From: Chiloscyllium plagiosum
Lineage: Eukaryota
Assembly (NCBI RefSeq): GCF_004010195.1
Contig: NC_057751.1
Coordinates: 11,646,578 to 11,710,577, forward strand
Reading direction: 5' to 3'
DNA: 64,000 nt
A model generated the notes under the pieces. It was not told the DNA's origin and did no database searches. It saw only the letters and a program-made list of their open reading frames with translations. Below, in pieces: positions 24,345-38,202 of the stretch. How positions within the stretch are numbered: position 1 is the stretch's first letter; each line of letters begins with the position of its first letter. The position numbers and the translations under genes were made by a program.

Positions 24345-24692
24345 ACATATGGTCTAGCTATCACCCATTGTTAATAGCTAACCTGAGAATGCACCTTTTT
24401 TAAAAAAAAAAGTTTTGTAATTTACACATAAAAGAAGTGAAACTGTCATGGTATTCAAACAGATGAAAGACTTAACAGACAATCAATTTTTCAATGTATA
24501 ATTTCAGTTACATCACACTGTAAATTTTTGCTATAAATTCTGTGTGTTAGGATTGAGCCCTCCACTATCACCTGATGAAGGAGTGATGCTCCGAAAGCTA
24601 GTGTGCTTCCAATTAAACCTGTTCGACTATAACCTGCTGTTGTGTGATTTTTAACTTTGTACACTCCAGTCCCAACACCGGCATCTCCAAAT
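24345..24692 (+). mobile_element. PLE 3' end (third family)
   Basis: Carries the hammerhead motif at 24569-24603, followed by aattaaacctgttcgactataacctg. Confidence 0.65.
24569..24603 (+). ncRNA. Minimal hammerhead ribozyme motif
   Basis: cac-CTGATGA-a-ggagt(gat)gctcc-GAAA-gc-TA-gtg. Stem I is cac/gtg, stem II is 5 bp including one G-U. Confidence 0.65.
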
Positions 24693-24847
24693 CGTGATGC
24701 AGACAATGTCACACAGGTTTGATTTTCTGCTGCTTGATATAAGCATACCCTTGAGAAGAGGGGAAACATCTATAACCCTGCACTTGACCAAGGCAAGATA
24801 CAAAAAAGGATAAACTCTCCTTTTGCCTGGAACTTGTATCCCTCATA

Positions 24848-25022
24848 CAAAAGCAAAATACTGCAGATGCTGGAAATCTGAAAGTAAAGTTACAAAGCTC
24901 AGCAGGTTTTCTGGCTTGTGTGGAGCAAAAGAAAGATCATGTTTCAGGTCTGTGAATTTTCATCTCAACCATTTTGATGAAAGACCATTGATCAGAAATA
25001 TTAACCTTGATATTGCTTCTCT
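24848..25022. mobile_element. Degraded short PLE insert
   Basis: aaagcaaaatactgcagatgctggaaatctgaaa...agctcagcagg, with a decayed tgatgaaag...gaaatattaac. Confidence 0.55.
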
Positions 25023-25597
25023 TGGTTTGGACAAATTCCAACAATAAAATCTCTTATTTTGTTCACTTGTGATTTGTTATTTTCTTTGCAGCTTCAGTTT
25101 TGACATTTTTGTTCAGAAGTTTCTGTGTTTACAGTGTGTGTTTTTGATTGAGCTGAAAAGTCCCAAAAATACATGAATATTCAGAAGTAACACCTCAGAC
25201 TTAGTCATAAGTGGTCCAGACAAGTCCAGTGCTGGTTAAGAAACATGACCCATTTCTAAATTTAAATTGTCTGGAAAGCTCGGGGATTGTCACACCAGAA
25301 AGGTCTCCACCACTACCTCCTCATTTAAATTAAGCTGTGCAAAAATCAATAACAAGACTAGAACAGAAGCCAAGTTTGTGTGGTCAGAGCCTTGTCTGAC
25401 AAGTCTTTCGTTTGCCACTGATATGTTAGTAGACACAGTTGCAGCTCATCTGACTTTTTTTTAAGGTTATCTTTATCTCACAGTAATATCAGTATCTGTG
25501 CCACAATGTATCTTACCTTTTTTTCATCATTTCACTTCACCTCCACCCGACCAACCTCCTGAAGATTACACCTCCCTAACAACAACTTGACTTAAGA

Positions 25598-25981
25598 GAA
25601 AGAACCAAAGAACTGTGGGTGCTGGAAATCAGAAATAGAAACAGAAATTGTTGGGAAAACTCAGCACATTTGATGGCATCTGTGGAGAGAAAGCAGAGTT
25701 TATGTTGTGGGTCCAGTAACCCTTCTCAAACATGGAAGAATATGTTCTGAAGGGTAAACCAAAAGAACTGTTGATGCTGTAAGTCAAAAACAAAAACAGA
25801 AATTGCTGGAAAAGCTCAACAGGTCAGACAGCATCTGTGAAGAGAAATCAGAAATAAAGTTTCAAGTCCAGTGACCCTTCCTGTTCTGAGGAAGGGTGAC
25901 TGGACCCTGAAATGTTAACTCTGATTTCTCTTCACAGATACTGCCGACCTGCTGAGCTTTTCCAGCAATTTCTGTTTTTGT
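25598..25981. mobile_element. Two tandem/nested second-family PLE pieces; the second is palindromic
   Basis: Copies at ~25598-25756 and ~25757-25882. Inverted arm 25883-25981 contains gtt-CTGAGGA-a-gggtgactggaccct-GAAA-tg-TT-aac. Confidence 0.7.
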
Positions 25982-25989
25982 TAAGAACT

Positions 25990-26594
25990 TAGAGTCATCA
26001 TGTGTACAGCACAGAAACAGACCCTTTGGTCCAACTTGTCCACGCCGACCAGATATCCCAACCTAATGTCGTCCCACCTGTCAGCACCTGGCCTACATCC
26101 CTCCAAACCCTTCCTATTCATATACCCATCCAGATGCCTTTTAAATGTTGCAGTTGTACCAGCCTCCACCACTTCATCTGGCAGCTCATTCCATGTATGT
26201 ACCACCCTCTGCCTGAAAAAGTTGCCCCTTTGGTCCCTCTTATATCTTTCCCCTCTCACCCTAAACCTATGCCCTTTACTCTTGGACTCCCTCACCCCAG
26301 GGAAAAGACTTTGTCTATTTATCCTATCCATGCCCCTCATGATTTTATAATCCTCCATGAGGTCACCACTCAGCCTCCGCGCTCCAGGGAAAACAGCCCC
26401 AGCCTATTCAACCTCTCCCTTTAGCTCAAATCCTCCAAACCTGACAACATCCTTGTAAAACTTTTCTGAACTCTTTCAAGTTTCACAACATCATTCCGAT
26501 AGGAAGGAGACCAGATTGCACACAATATTCCAACAGTGACCTAACCAATGTCCTGTATAGCTGCAACATGACCGCCCAACTCCTGTACTCAATG
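25990..26594 (-). mobile_element. CR1/HER1-like LINE 3' end
   Basis: ORF 25981-26358 [19 protein letters not shown]...GNFFRQRVVHTWNELP. Confidence 0.92.
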
Positions 26595-26899
26595 GGTTTT
26601 GTCCAATTTAAGTCAAGGCTCTGGATAACTTTTTTTTCGACATGGATGTCAAGTCAAAACAAGAAAGTGAGGAAGATAGAGAAAGCCGCAAAACTGCAGA
26701 CTAAATTGAGAATGCTTGTGTCTAAATGCAGAGTATACAAGGTTCATGTGATACATGTGCAAGTAGCCACATGGAATAATAATACAATACAACATAAAAA
26801 ATACAGTTTTGAAGAGATGGCTCCAACAAGAGGATGAAAAGTTGCTTAATATTCCTTGTTACAATATATTCAGATAAAATAGAAATGAAAGGAGGGAAA

Positions 26900-29000
26900 A
26901 AGTGTTCATAAAATCCATTAGATAGCATGAGAATGGGGTATGTACTTGAGAGTTCAAAGTCAGAATCTTATTGGTTCAAATTGATGAACAAGACAGGTGT
27001 TCTAACATGGTTAGCTGTAAGCTGCAGACCACCAAAATATTAATGCAATTATGGGGAGTTCCTAAAATTTGGGCAGGAACATTTTTTTGATCAGTGTGTT
27101 CCCAGCCCAGAAGAGAAGGGGGCATACCAGGGGACGAAATCTCTTTTTCAATGGAAAATTGCTGGGGAGCAATCACAACATCAGTCCATTTTGCATAACT
27201 GTGGGAAAGGACAGGGAAAATTGAAATGTGAACGCACTGAACTGGATGAGGATTAATTTCAGTGAATGGAGAAGGAACGTGGCCCAATGTCTTGACAGGT
27301 AAACCAACACAGGGAGGCCTTTGCAGAGATACATTCCCACAAAGGGAGAAAGGAAGGGCATCCAAAGTTAGAATTCCCTAGATGTATGAGGGTGTACTGA
27401 TTACAACGAAATCCAGAAATGGGAATGATAATCAGTTGCAATGAAGAATATAGAAACTAAAGAAAATAGAGAGGCCAAATAGAATATGGTAACAAATAAA
27501 GGAACACTGAAGCCTTTTCATAAACATGTAATTATTAAAATGTGTAGTTAAAGGAAATGTAGGGAAGAAAGGGAACTATAAGCACCTTTTAGTGGAAGCA
27601 AAGGACAGGCTGTGTTGTTAAATGAGCAATAGTATCTTCAAACAAGAGGATGCTACTAATAACAGTAAAAAAGATGGGTAGCGGATAAATGGAAAATTTG
27701 AGAACAAGGGGGAAATGTCCAAAGTTATTCATGAAAGAAGCACATCCTGTTGAAGAAGAGAACTTTTTCACTCAGTGAGCCATTAGCATCCAGAATACAC
27801 TGCGTGGAAGTGCGGTGGGACCAAGTTCATTTGAAGCATTCAAAGGGGCAATAGATAATATAATTTTAATATGAGCAATGTACAAGCTTAAGGGGGAATG
27901 GCAGGAGTGTGGCACTAAGTTATCATGCTAATTAAGCGAACCTGTACAAACACCCTGGGCTGAAGGGCCATCCCATGCATTGGAACAATTCTCTGGTCAG
28001 TTAGGATGATTTGTCTTTTTTTAATTTATTTGCTGAAGCAAGGGTGGTAATCCTGGATGTTGTGGCCATGACAGGCCAATTCAGCTTTCAGCGCTACATG
28101 ACTTGAGGATTGCAAATTTCACTTCCCTGTTCCTTTTTGAGAGAGGTGTGAAACCTGCAATTCTCGGCCACTCGGCCTGATGTGAGTTGCGAAAACTTTT
28201 TGAGGAAATAGGGAGAAAATGATTTGGCATTTGAAAAATTATGGTGTAATAAATGAAAGGTAGTACGCAATTGTGAGAAGAGAATCATGTCCAACTAACT
28301 TGATTGAGGTCTTCAACAAGTTAGTGGAGAAGGTTGATGTGGGTGGTGGTGTTCTTGTCTGAATAAACTTTGAAAAGGAATTGTTAGTGTTACATTAAAA
28401 GAGACTTGTTGCCAAGTTAAACACAATGGGAAACAGATGACTGTGTAGTATAAAATTGCTGAAGTGGCAGAAAGCAAAGCGTAGTCTTTAATAATTGTTT
28501 TAATAATTGGAGGGAAATATGCAGTCATGTACCCCAAGAATGACTATGAAAGCTTAATTTGGATACAGTCGGCACAGTTCATATTTTACAAATAGGATAC
28601 TCAGCGTACAGAAAATAAAGAGGACAACATGGACAGAATGATGAAATGGCTGTTGAAATTCAACATTGGGAAGTGTGAAGTAATTCATGAGGACTGGCAA
28701 TATTCAGCTAATTGTGCACTTTGAAAGTGGGGGGATGCAGGAACCAAAATATTTGTGAGTGCACATGCACAAATCTTTGTGAACTTTAGAGGGCTGTTAA
28801 AAAGACATGCAAGTGTCTGGGCTTTACAAATAAAAGCAGAGAGTATAAATGCCATAAAATTATGTCATCAGTTTTTAAAATAATTGTTTGGTGCCAGCTT
28901 GAATGTTGCACCCAGTCCTTTTCTGAAGGGAGCTTGAGAAATACTTTAGGTATAAAAGTTTCCAGGGAAAGAACATCCATGGGAAAGTTTTCAAACTGAG
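26900..29000 (+). mobile_element. Long, heavily degraded CR1-like LINE remnant(s)
   Basis: Scattered CR1-like motifs (atcatgtccaactaacttgattgagg, aaatggctgttgaaattcaacattgggaagtgtgaagtaattcat, ccagcttgaatgttgcacccagt). Boundaries approximate. Confidence 0.5.
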
Positions 29001-30999
29001 AAAGGATTGAGAAATCTCAACCAGACAGGCTTTCCTTCAAAGTTCAGATTCTGGAATTGTTTGACAAAATGCCATGTCTGCTACTGCTTACCAGCTGTCT
29101 GTGAATAGAGGAAACTTTCCTTTAGAAGGACCAAACTATTTTCTTTTCATAGAAACAAAGGTTTGGTCCACACCAGTAAACAGTTATGGCGATCAAAGTG
29201 CTCCAAATTTTCAGTGTACTCAGAGGAAAATACCTTATATGCAGAAAGCTATTGTATGAAGGCAGCTGACTACGCAGTGTAAGGCGAGAATATTACACTT
29301 CTCCCTTCATTTTGGATAAACAAAACCAATTGTCGACCAATACTGCAAACCACAATAAATAATAAGGCATTCAGTAACATATCCCCAAGCCAACACTGAA
29401 GACGCAGGATTGTGTCCAAGCTGAGATTGCATCTGAAATTAAGTTGCAGACCTGTCTAGGTGTTGGCCATATCTGGTCACTTCAGAATCTGGATGTGGTC
29501 AATTTCTGTTTGTGATCAGTAAATGAACAGTGAAAAACAGACACTGGCACTGGACCAGAAGGAATTTCATTACATGTATTGTGTGATTGAATCTGAAAGT
29601 ATTTCCCATTAACGTGAGTTTGTTTGATTGCAATGGTGACACGACTCCAGCTAGTCAGCAATTTCTGTTTAACAGCACTGAGTTATTGGGCAACAACCTG
29701 ATCTTAGATTTCAAGTGTGCACACCCTTGGAAAGATACAAGATATTTTTAATGGTGCTCGGAATACAGGTACTGCTGGCAAAACCCAGTTTATTGTTTCA
29801 TTCCTGGTTAACCTGAGAGACGTGGCAGCTGTCGTGTCACATGAACAGTTGCAGCCATCATGGTGATTCCATCATGCTACAACAACTCGTATTTGTATAG
29901 CAGTTTGAATGAAGTTAAATGTTCTGAGGAAGTTCACACATAACCTGGACACCAAACCGTATGAAAGAGATACTGAGGAACCTAGTCAGAGGTTGGTTTA
30001 AAGAAATAGTTTTGAGGCTGGTGTCAAAGTGCAACAGTTAAAGTCAGGCCAAAATTTAGAGGAGTATGGCTATTGTGGGGTTGCAGGACTGGAGGAGATC
30101 ACGGGGTAAAGGAAGGTTGAGCCCTCGGTGGATTCGAAAACAAGGATAAGCATGTTCAAATGAAGGTGTTGCCTGACCAGGAGGCGATATAGGTTGGTGA
30201 GTGCCATGTGAAGGGTGAAAGTTACTTGGTGCGAGTTAGAAGATAAGTGGTAGACTCAAACTGTTAAATAAAAGGTTTGAGAATTGTAGCTGAGTTTGAA
30301 TAAAGGAATCACGTTATCTGTCCAAGCCATTCTGGGCAATTGTCATTGAGATTGTCCAATTGTCTTCAGTGGCAGGGATGATGGAGCTGTGATGTGATAC
30401 CTAAATAAGCATGGTGAGGTTTAATCATAATATTCAACTTTACATTTTAAATTACCATTTAAAAAATATGGATAACAAAACACTAAAGCCAATCGCTTAC
30501 TTTGTTTTCTTGAGGTGGGATCTTTCTCTGCACCAATTCAGTGCTGGCAATATCTTACAGCAACATTTACTGCACTGGCTGTGGAACACTTTAAGATAGC
30601 AAGAAGATGTTGCGCTTTCAGTGCAAGCGCTCTACCTCTGGTAAATTAACCTTTGGTCGGTAATACATTGGTTCCAAAGACGATTAGTTTTGGAGAGAGG
30701 TTTATAAATTAGGATTCTTGCTGCAGTTTGTATGAATAGGAGAATGAGTGGTGACAATTCACTGACAGTCACTCGCGAGTGCTGCATCTGATTGTGAAAT
30801 GTCACTGTTCAGCCCCAATCTCAGTTGGGAAAAGGGTGAGTGATAAACATAAAGAGGAGTATACAAGATGAGTTTCAAATTGTGCTGATCAGTGTAACAT
30901 TGGAATCTTTCATTTTCTGGGGTGACGGTCCATCAGAAAACTAGAATCAGATTTTTGTCTTCTATATGTTCACTGTGCAGCTAGCTCTGTTGCTTTTCA

Positions 31000-31375
31000 A
31001 TCAGAAATATTTGGATTTAATCCTCACTGCTGAGACTTGAATACAAAAGTCTAGTTGACACGAAAGGAGTGCTGGCACTGCTGACTTTTGGATGAGATCT
31101 TAAACTGAAGATCCTAAATTGTCTACACTCGTAAGACATGTCAGGAATTCCATGGTATTATGATTAAGACCAAAACAGTTATCCATAGTGTCATGTTCAA
31201 CAAAACAGATTATTTAATTTTCTGAACACATTAGCTGCTTTTAGGATCTTTCTGTGCCACATTCTGGCTGCCATATTTCTTACATTACAACAATGACATA
31301 CTTCAAGAAATATTTTATTGGCTGTAAAAGCCAATGTCTTGTGAGGTGCATTATAAATATAAGTCTTTTGATTCA
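31000..31375 (+). mobile_element. Old Deu-domain-like SINE
   Basis: gagacttgaatacaaaagtctagttgacac..ggagtgctggcactg..ggatgagatcttaaactga..ggctgccatatttcttacattacaaca..attggctgtaaa. Confidence 0.6.
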
Positions 31376-31409
31376 TTCCTATTTGAACTTACTCCCAGTT
31401 TGATACCGG

Positions 31410-31775
31410 TGTTGGCCGAGTGGTATTATTGCTGAATTATTAATGCAGAAACTCAGCTTGTCCCAGAGATCTGGGTTAAAGTCCTATCATGGCAGGTAGT
31501 GGTGATTTCAATTTTTAAAAAATTACCAGAATTAAGAATCCAGATTTGAGAGTCTAACAGTGACTGTGACTCCATTGCCGATTGTTGTAAAACCCATCTG
31601 ATTCACTAATATCCTTTTAGGAAATGAAATATGTCATCCTCACCTGGTCTGGTCTTCATGTAACTCCAGACCCAAGGCAGTGTGGCGAACTCTCAACTGC
31701 CCTCCAAGATGGCTCACAGTTCAGGGGCAGCTAGGGATGAGCAATAAATGCTGGCCAGCTAGTGACACCCACATC
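31410..31775 (+). mobile_element. tRNA-derived SINE, separate family with L2/Crack-type tail
   Basis: aaacccatctgattcactaatatcctttt...cctggtctggtcttcatgtaactccagaccc...agggatgagcaataaatgctggcc. Other copies at 36675-36950 (+), 37655-38015 (-) and 63470-63780 (+). Confidence 0.65.
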
Positions 31776-34700
31776 AAAACAAAAATGGACAGAGTCACAC
31801 TGGGGCTGTGTCAACTCCATGTCAGACTTTCTGATTAGAGAACTCTTTGTGCGAGGTTCTGTGCTGAGTACAGTCATTTATTAAGTCAGTGTGTTGAGAC
31901 TTGTGAAATTGGATTATTACTGCATCCTCCCGTCTTGCCCAACAGTGAACTGTAGTATTTTCAACATGTAGATTTGTAATCGTAACTTCCAAGTGGATCT
32001 GAGTGTCTGTTATTGAAAAATACATTGGGGTCCAGAGTTTTATAAGTTGTTTCTCGTGTTGCTATGCCTTCCTCCATCTCACCTGCCATCCACTTCTGAA
32101 GGTATAGAACATTTCCAGAACTCCTTAGTGTCTTTCTGAACTGCTTATTACTAATTTGAGCTGGTGACTGTGGATACAGCTATTGGCTCGATAAGACATG
32201 ACAACAAAATCCACATCAGCTTACATGATAGAAATTCACCTTAAATGGTGTTGCAAAATAGGCAAAAGGAAATGGCACGATATTTAAAACTGGCAGCAGG
32301 AAAGAAAACTGGGAGCAATGTAACACAGGTCACCAAGATAGATTTAGCACTGCTTTTCATGTTAATGGCAAATTTACAGTGAAATAGTCACAGACACTAT
32401 ATCACAAACACACAGTCGCAAACATTGATACACTAGTGTACCCATACACAGACGTGCTCGCAAGCACACAAACTCACGATTGAACGTGGCATATTGTTGA
32501 TGTGTATAATTCGTTGACTCTTCAAGTAACCATTTACTCACTGAGAATGGATTGTTGACAATGAGTTGCAGCAACTCAGTCCAGAGGTTCTGTTGGCACA
32601 ATTAACTTCTCATGAATGACACGGTGAACACTCCTTAAAGGTGAACTCTGTAAAAGGCAAGGTGCACAGCCAGTTATCTTATTGCTGCTTGTTGAGGAAT
32701 TCTGTTAGCAAATTGGCTGATATCTTTCTAATATTATGAGAGTGACTGGTATTTCAGTGTCTTAGTTTATCTGCCACTGATTTTAAAATCAGAATATCAT
32801 CTCATCAGTAAATCTTCTCTCTGGTTTGATATTTGAAACCTACACGATTGGAGTTTAACAGACCTACCAGTTTCATTGTTTTACATCCAGAGACCATGTG
32901 AGTTTTCTAAAATAATGTTAGGTCAGGAGATAAAATTCCTGTTGCTATTTTTTTACACATCCCACAACATGCTTGCTATCAAAGCACCAATTGTATTTGA
33001 CTGCCTCAGAACTGGAGAGAAACATTTTTGGTGTGTAACAAATGGCTGCTCAATGAAACGTGTTTTGTAAGTAACTAAAAGCCTCTCTTATTCAAACACC
33101 AACTCAACCACTGCAATAGATAATTATAGTACTCACAATCACAATCAGTTTGCAAGCACATCCTACGTAGGAAAGTGAAATCTCATGTGATCAAAGCTCT
33201 TTGGTGTATCCTCTCTTTTTTTTAATCTGCTCGCTGTTCAGGATTTCAGCTTTGAAGTGCTGAACATGCAGACAGGCCACCATAGTTTTCTGACAAATTA
33301 CTGTTAGAAGAAAAACGCTTGTATCCAAGCACAGGTGCTTTGGGTATTATAGGCTCAGTACAGTATAGGCCTTTGAACGTGGGTGTGACCTTGTATTAGC
33401 TTATCTCCTCTGTAGCCATGCCAGGAGGAATGAAATGGTTGATGATACCAATCCTAATCACTGTCCTCGACCCCTTTTGGAAATTTTGTACTCGGTATCT
33501 ATTAGATGAGGTCAGGGACCAAGAATGGTGGTGACTTCTCTTTTGCTCAGGTAGCTGACCCCCATTGATTTCTTTGAGATCCAACAGGTGAAGGTGGACA
33601 AGGTGCCAGAGGCATTCAGACCCTTAGTGACAACAGACTAACATAAATCAGCACACTCAAACCAAAAAGGGCTAAATTTCAGCACAAGAAAGGGAGGCAT
33701 CACTAAATGTATTCACTAAGCAAACAGCACAATCTGTTTCTGGAGTTTTTGGGGGAATATTTTTCACAAAAGTTTGGGTCACTGATATTACAGTGACACT
33801 GTTGTTTCAATGGGCCAGTCTCCTGTCCTGTTGTGATTATGAATGGTGCTCAGTACTTAATCTGTTTCAAATCTGTTTGTTTTAGCTACAATCACAATTA
33901 AAAATCAGATATCTGCTGGCAAGTACATATCTATGAACACTGAAGAATTAATTTTATAAACTGACATTCCTAGCAGCAGCAAAGAAATTTTCCCTGTGCC
34001 TTTATGAAACTGCAAGTTGAAATGAAAAGAATTAATAAGTGTCAGGTGAGCACTTTTTTTCAGGGATGACTCACTTGAACGGACCATGTTGAAATATAGG
34101 AGATGCAAATGAGATTGATTTCAATATCTGCCAGCATTCTTAACAAGTGAAACTAAATAATAATATGATAAACTCCCTGAACCTTGGCTTAAGTCCAAGT
34201 GTTGTTCACAGTTGGAAACTACCTGTTCTAGCAATTCTCAAACATCTTGTGAGCAAAGCTGCCTTTCTCCTTACATGGCACACACCTATCTCACAATCAA
34301 CACCACTGGGTTCACATCCCAAAAGTCACTCAAAACCTTCTGACCGATGGAGACTTGATTGTTTTTTTTTGTTTTGGTTGCCCTGGTCTGTTCGGGGTTT
34401 CTGAATTAGGACTGACTTTGACACAGTCTGAAACATAACTCCTTCTCCTCTCAAGAATTAGGATTCCATTTTTTTTTCCTGCAATCTGCACATTGGACTG
34501 AGCTGAAATGTCTCTATTGACATTTGGGATTTGAGCATCACAGGCAAAGCCAAGATTTGATGTCCATTCCCCCACTGCCCTGTCTGCTATTTTAGCCAGT
34601 AGATACCTCACTCATCAACTTCAGAGGGCAGTTGAGTGTAAAGAATGTAGATGAGGAATTAGATATATACATCAGCAGACTCCTTTCTCTGAACAGGCTG

Positions 34701-36674
34701 GGTTTTAAATATATCTGAAGGCTTCACTTTTTAATTAATAACTTTTACAAGATTTCAATTCCTTTTTTTAATACACCGTGGTCAGCTTATTAACATTGTT
34801 CTGGACTTCTGAATTACTGTTCCAGTAAGTGTAACATAATGTCTGTATTACCATATATGGATCACGTGGTGACAAGAAATTTCTTTGAGGAATGCAAGAG
34901 AGGGGGTGGGGAAAACCTACAGACACATATGCTTTTAGTTTCTGTATTTTGCTGAAGTTTCTGTGGAGTACCACAGTGGCATCTGATGTGGGCACATTAT
35001 TACTCGATGAGCTCCTAACTATGGTTTGAATGCCACTGGGAGGTGACACTGAATGGTAATCTGCCGACACCTCTCCTTAGACGATTAGATGGGCATTCAA
35101 GTTGCCTACCTCCGGGGAACACAGCAATGTTGGGCAAAGGGCTGATAGGTCTAAAGCATATCACCACAAAGAATCCATTTGAAGAGAAAGGGTGGCAACA
35201 GGGTGAAAAAATATGATCATTTGTGGGATTTATTTCATTTATAAAGTACTGGATATCAACAACTAAGAACAGGTTTTGGTTTCATTTTCATGCTGAGATG
35301 AATTTAAGTGTGGAATGAAAGACTAGCAGGCAGAAGTGTTCTCCCTAGAATCCTGATAACTCAAGATCTGTAGTAGCTTTATGGTCTGTTCTCTGATCAC
35401 TGACGTTATTTTAATAATTTCAAAATCCTCCCTTATTTCATAGTTTTAAGTTGACCTCTGGCTTCTTGGGCAAGTGACCACAATTTCTTGGTGAGGAGAT
35501 GGTTGCAGGCTATTCCAAGAGTAAAAACAGACAAGTGCAATCCTGCCCTCAAACACTCTCAGGAGCTCAAGATAGACTCATGGCGGTTTAGCCAATAATA
35601 GAGCTCCAGTATGAGCTCCATCCCAACTATCTCAGCATGCACAGCCCAAATCTGGCCCTTGTTACTGATGAGATCCAAGAGAACCTGCATGAACAAACTT
35701 CGATTTTGTCTGATACAGCATGTGTTTTGGAAGAAGATTGAGCTTAGGAAGTTGATGGTTTTGCTACGCTTCAGTTCCCATCATTCAAATACTTCCCCTT
35801 TTTTCTCTTCACTCTGCTTCCGAAGTTACAGAAGTGTAGAACTTCCACTCTGGCCCACCTGGCACAGAATGAATGAAGATCAGGGTAAAGGGCTGAGGGA
35901 AGGGTTTGTGAGAACATCTCAGGCAGCGGACCTCATTTAAAAACCAGAACCACCATATCCCAGGCTCAGCCCTTCACTGTTAATGCTTTGAAGTGTCTGC
36001 TGCTGCACCTAGAACTGGCTTCATTTTTACCTTTCAGCTCACTGAGACTTGCTGGTTTGTTTTAAAAGCTTCAACAATAGTTCCTGAACAGATTCTCATG
36101 CCATCAGGTCCATCTTCATTGTGTTTCAGGAAGTGGTTAAGAGATGTTATCCGAGGACATTATTGTAGACTGTCAGCTGACCTTCGAAAGGATCATCTCT
36201 TGATCCAGTGTAAATGCAACCTCCTCCACTTTTTGCACTCACTCACACAAACAAACACATACAGAGAGAGCAAGGAATTAACTTCCACATTACTCTGGGT
36301 TACAGTACAGTTGTGGGTAATGAGTAATTGTTCTGGTTACAGCTGCAAGCCTTGCTGTTTTACTGTGGTTTCTAATCAGTTGAACAACTCTGAGGAATTC
36401 CTCCCCTTCTGCCAACAGTCCTGGAACCATTTATGTCAAAGATAATTCAACACTTTCAGCAGACAGAAGTATTTTTGCTGCCCTTGCTTAATCAAAATTA
36501 TACCTTAAGAGTATAAAACAAATGAATGTTTGTTTGATTTACTCTTTCACGTTGACCCGGATCTTGCAAGCTCTGCTCGCAAGTGGTTGTGAGTGTGAGT
36601 GAGATTGCATATGGTTCACAGCATCTTTACATTTAAAAAAGCTGCTGTCACAGAGTTTTGTCGCTGAGGAGGTG

Positions 36675-36950
36675 ATGGCATGGTGCTATTATTGCTGGAG
36701 TAGCATTTCAGAAATTTTGGTGATGTTCTGGGGACATAGATTCAGATCCCACCATGGCAGATTGTGGAACTCAAATTAAATTTAAAAATCTAATGATGGC
36801 CAGGAATAGTTGTAAAAATCTCATTGAGTTCATTCATGTCATTTAGGGAAGGAAAGCTGACATCCTGACATAGTCTGGCCTACCTGTGACTCCAGACACT
36901 ATAGTGATGTGGTTGACTGTCAACTGCCTTCTCAAATAGTGTAGCAAAGT
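36675..36950 (+). mobile_element. Same SINE family as 31410-31775
   Basis: ttcagatcccaccatggcag...tagggaaggaaa...tctggcctacctgtgactccagac. Confidence 0.6.
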
Positions 36951-37654
36951 TGTATACATCTGCAAAAAAAAGTCTCAAGAAAGGAATGAACCAGAACTGA
37001 CCCCTGGCATCAACCTTTGCAGCAGATACAACATTAGCAATGACAATCTCTGGGTCAGCATCCTGGAATTCCCTTCATTGCAGGTCAAACTGCTGCACGT
37101 GGACTGCAGCATTTTAAGAAGGCAGCTCATTGCCACCTTCTCAAAGGCAACTAGGGATAATCAATAAATGCTGGCCAACCAGTGAAGTCCACAACCTACA
37201 AGTGAATTGAAACAACTTTTTGTTTTGAAGTCCCAGCCTCATCGACCCTGCAAAGTTGTCCTCACTGTTATCTAGGGTTTGTGCCAAAATTGGAGGGCTG
37301 TCTCACAGACTGTATTTTGGTGGTAGAAAATATTGGAATATTGGACAAAAAGTTGAAGACCCATTGTGCAGCAGCTTCGGGCGAGAGAGAATTCAGACGA
37401 AGTGAAAGTTAGGGAAGAACCCCAGCTTGTTAAATCTCTTCTGGGTGATTATAATACCTCTGTTCTGCTGTCATTCTAGTACGTTTTCATTTGCACCTTC
37501 CATTGTTGCCTCAAAATAATTTTCATAACGTGAAGCCCAGGATTCTTGATAATAGTTCAAGTGTGGTCTTGAGAAGGTTCAGTGGATGTCTTAGGTAACA
37601 CCTCTGTGTTTTGGTTTTGCCTGAGGTGTGGCATCTGATTGGGTTGTAGGAGCT

Positions 37655-38015
37655 TTTTTTTTATCCATTCATGGGTTAAGGGTATCGCTGGCTCGGGCAA
37701 TATATCCTGCCCATCCCTAATTGCCCAGAGAGCGTTAAGAGTCAACCATGTTGATGTGGGTCTGGAGTCACATGTAGGCCGGACCAGGTAAGGATGGCAG
37801 TTTCCTTCGGGGAAGGACATTAGTGAACCAGAGAGGTTTTCCCATCAATCAGCAATGCATTCATGGTCATCAGTAGACTCTTAATTTCAGACTTATTTTA
37901 AAATTCAAATTCCGTCATTTGCATTTGCGGGATTCAAACGCAGGTCCCCAGAAAATGATCTGGGTCTCTGGATTAACAGTCCTAGCAATAATACCACCAG
38001 GCCATTGCCTCCCCA
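37655..38015 (-). mobile_element. Same SINE family as 31410-31775, reverse orientation
   Basis: gcccatccctaattgccc...gggtctggagtcacatgtaggccggaccagg...aggacattagtgaaccaga. Confidence 0.7.
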
Positions 38016-38202
38016 AACATAAATGGTAAAAATTCAGCAAGAATGAAATTGGCAGGTATACAAAGTCAATAGTTGTCCCTTCGGAGTCTGGCAATTTATG
38101 CCTTGATATTTTTTAGTCACCACTTCAGTTATTATACATCTCTAGATCTAGTGGGATTTAAATGCTGGCGTCCTGCCCCAGAGGTAGTGTCATTGCTCCT
38201 GC

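Noticed and set aside
35500..36445. 150-aa ORF 35993-36445 and a possible RTE remnant on the minus strand
   Set aside because: No recognisable homology in the ORF. The RTE resemblance (QIWAVH vs QLRWAGH) is too weak to support a call.
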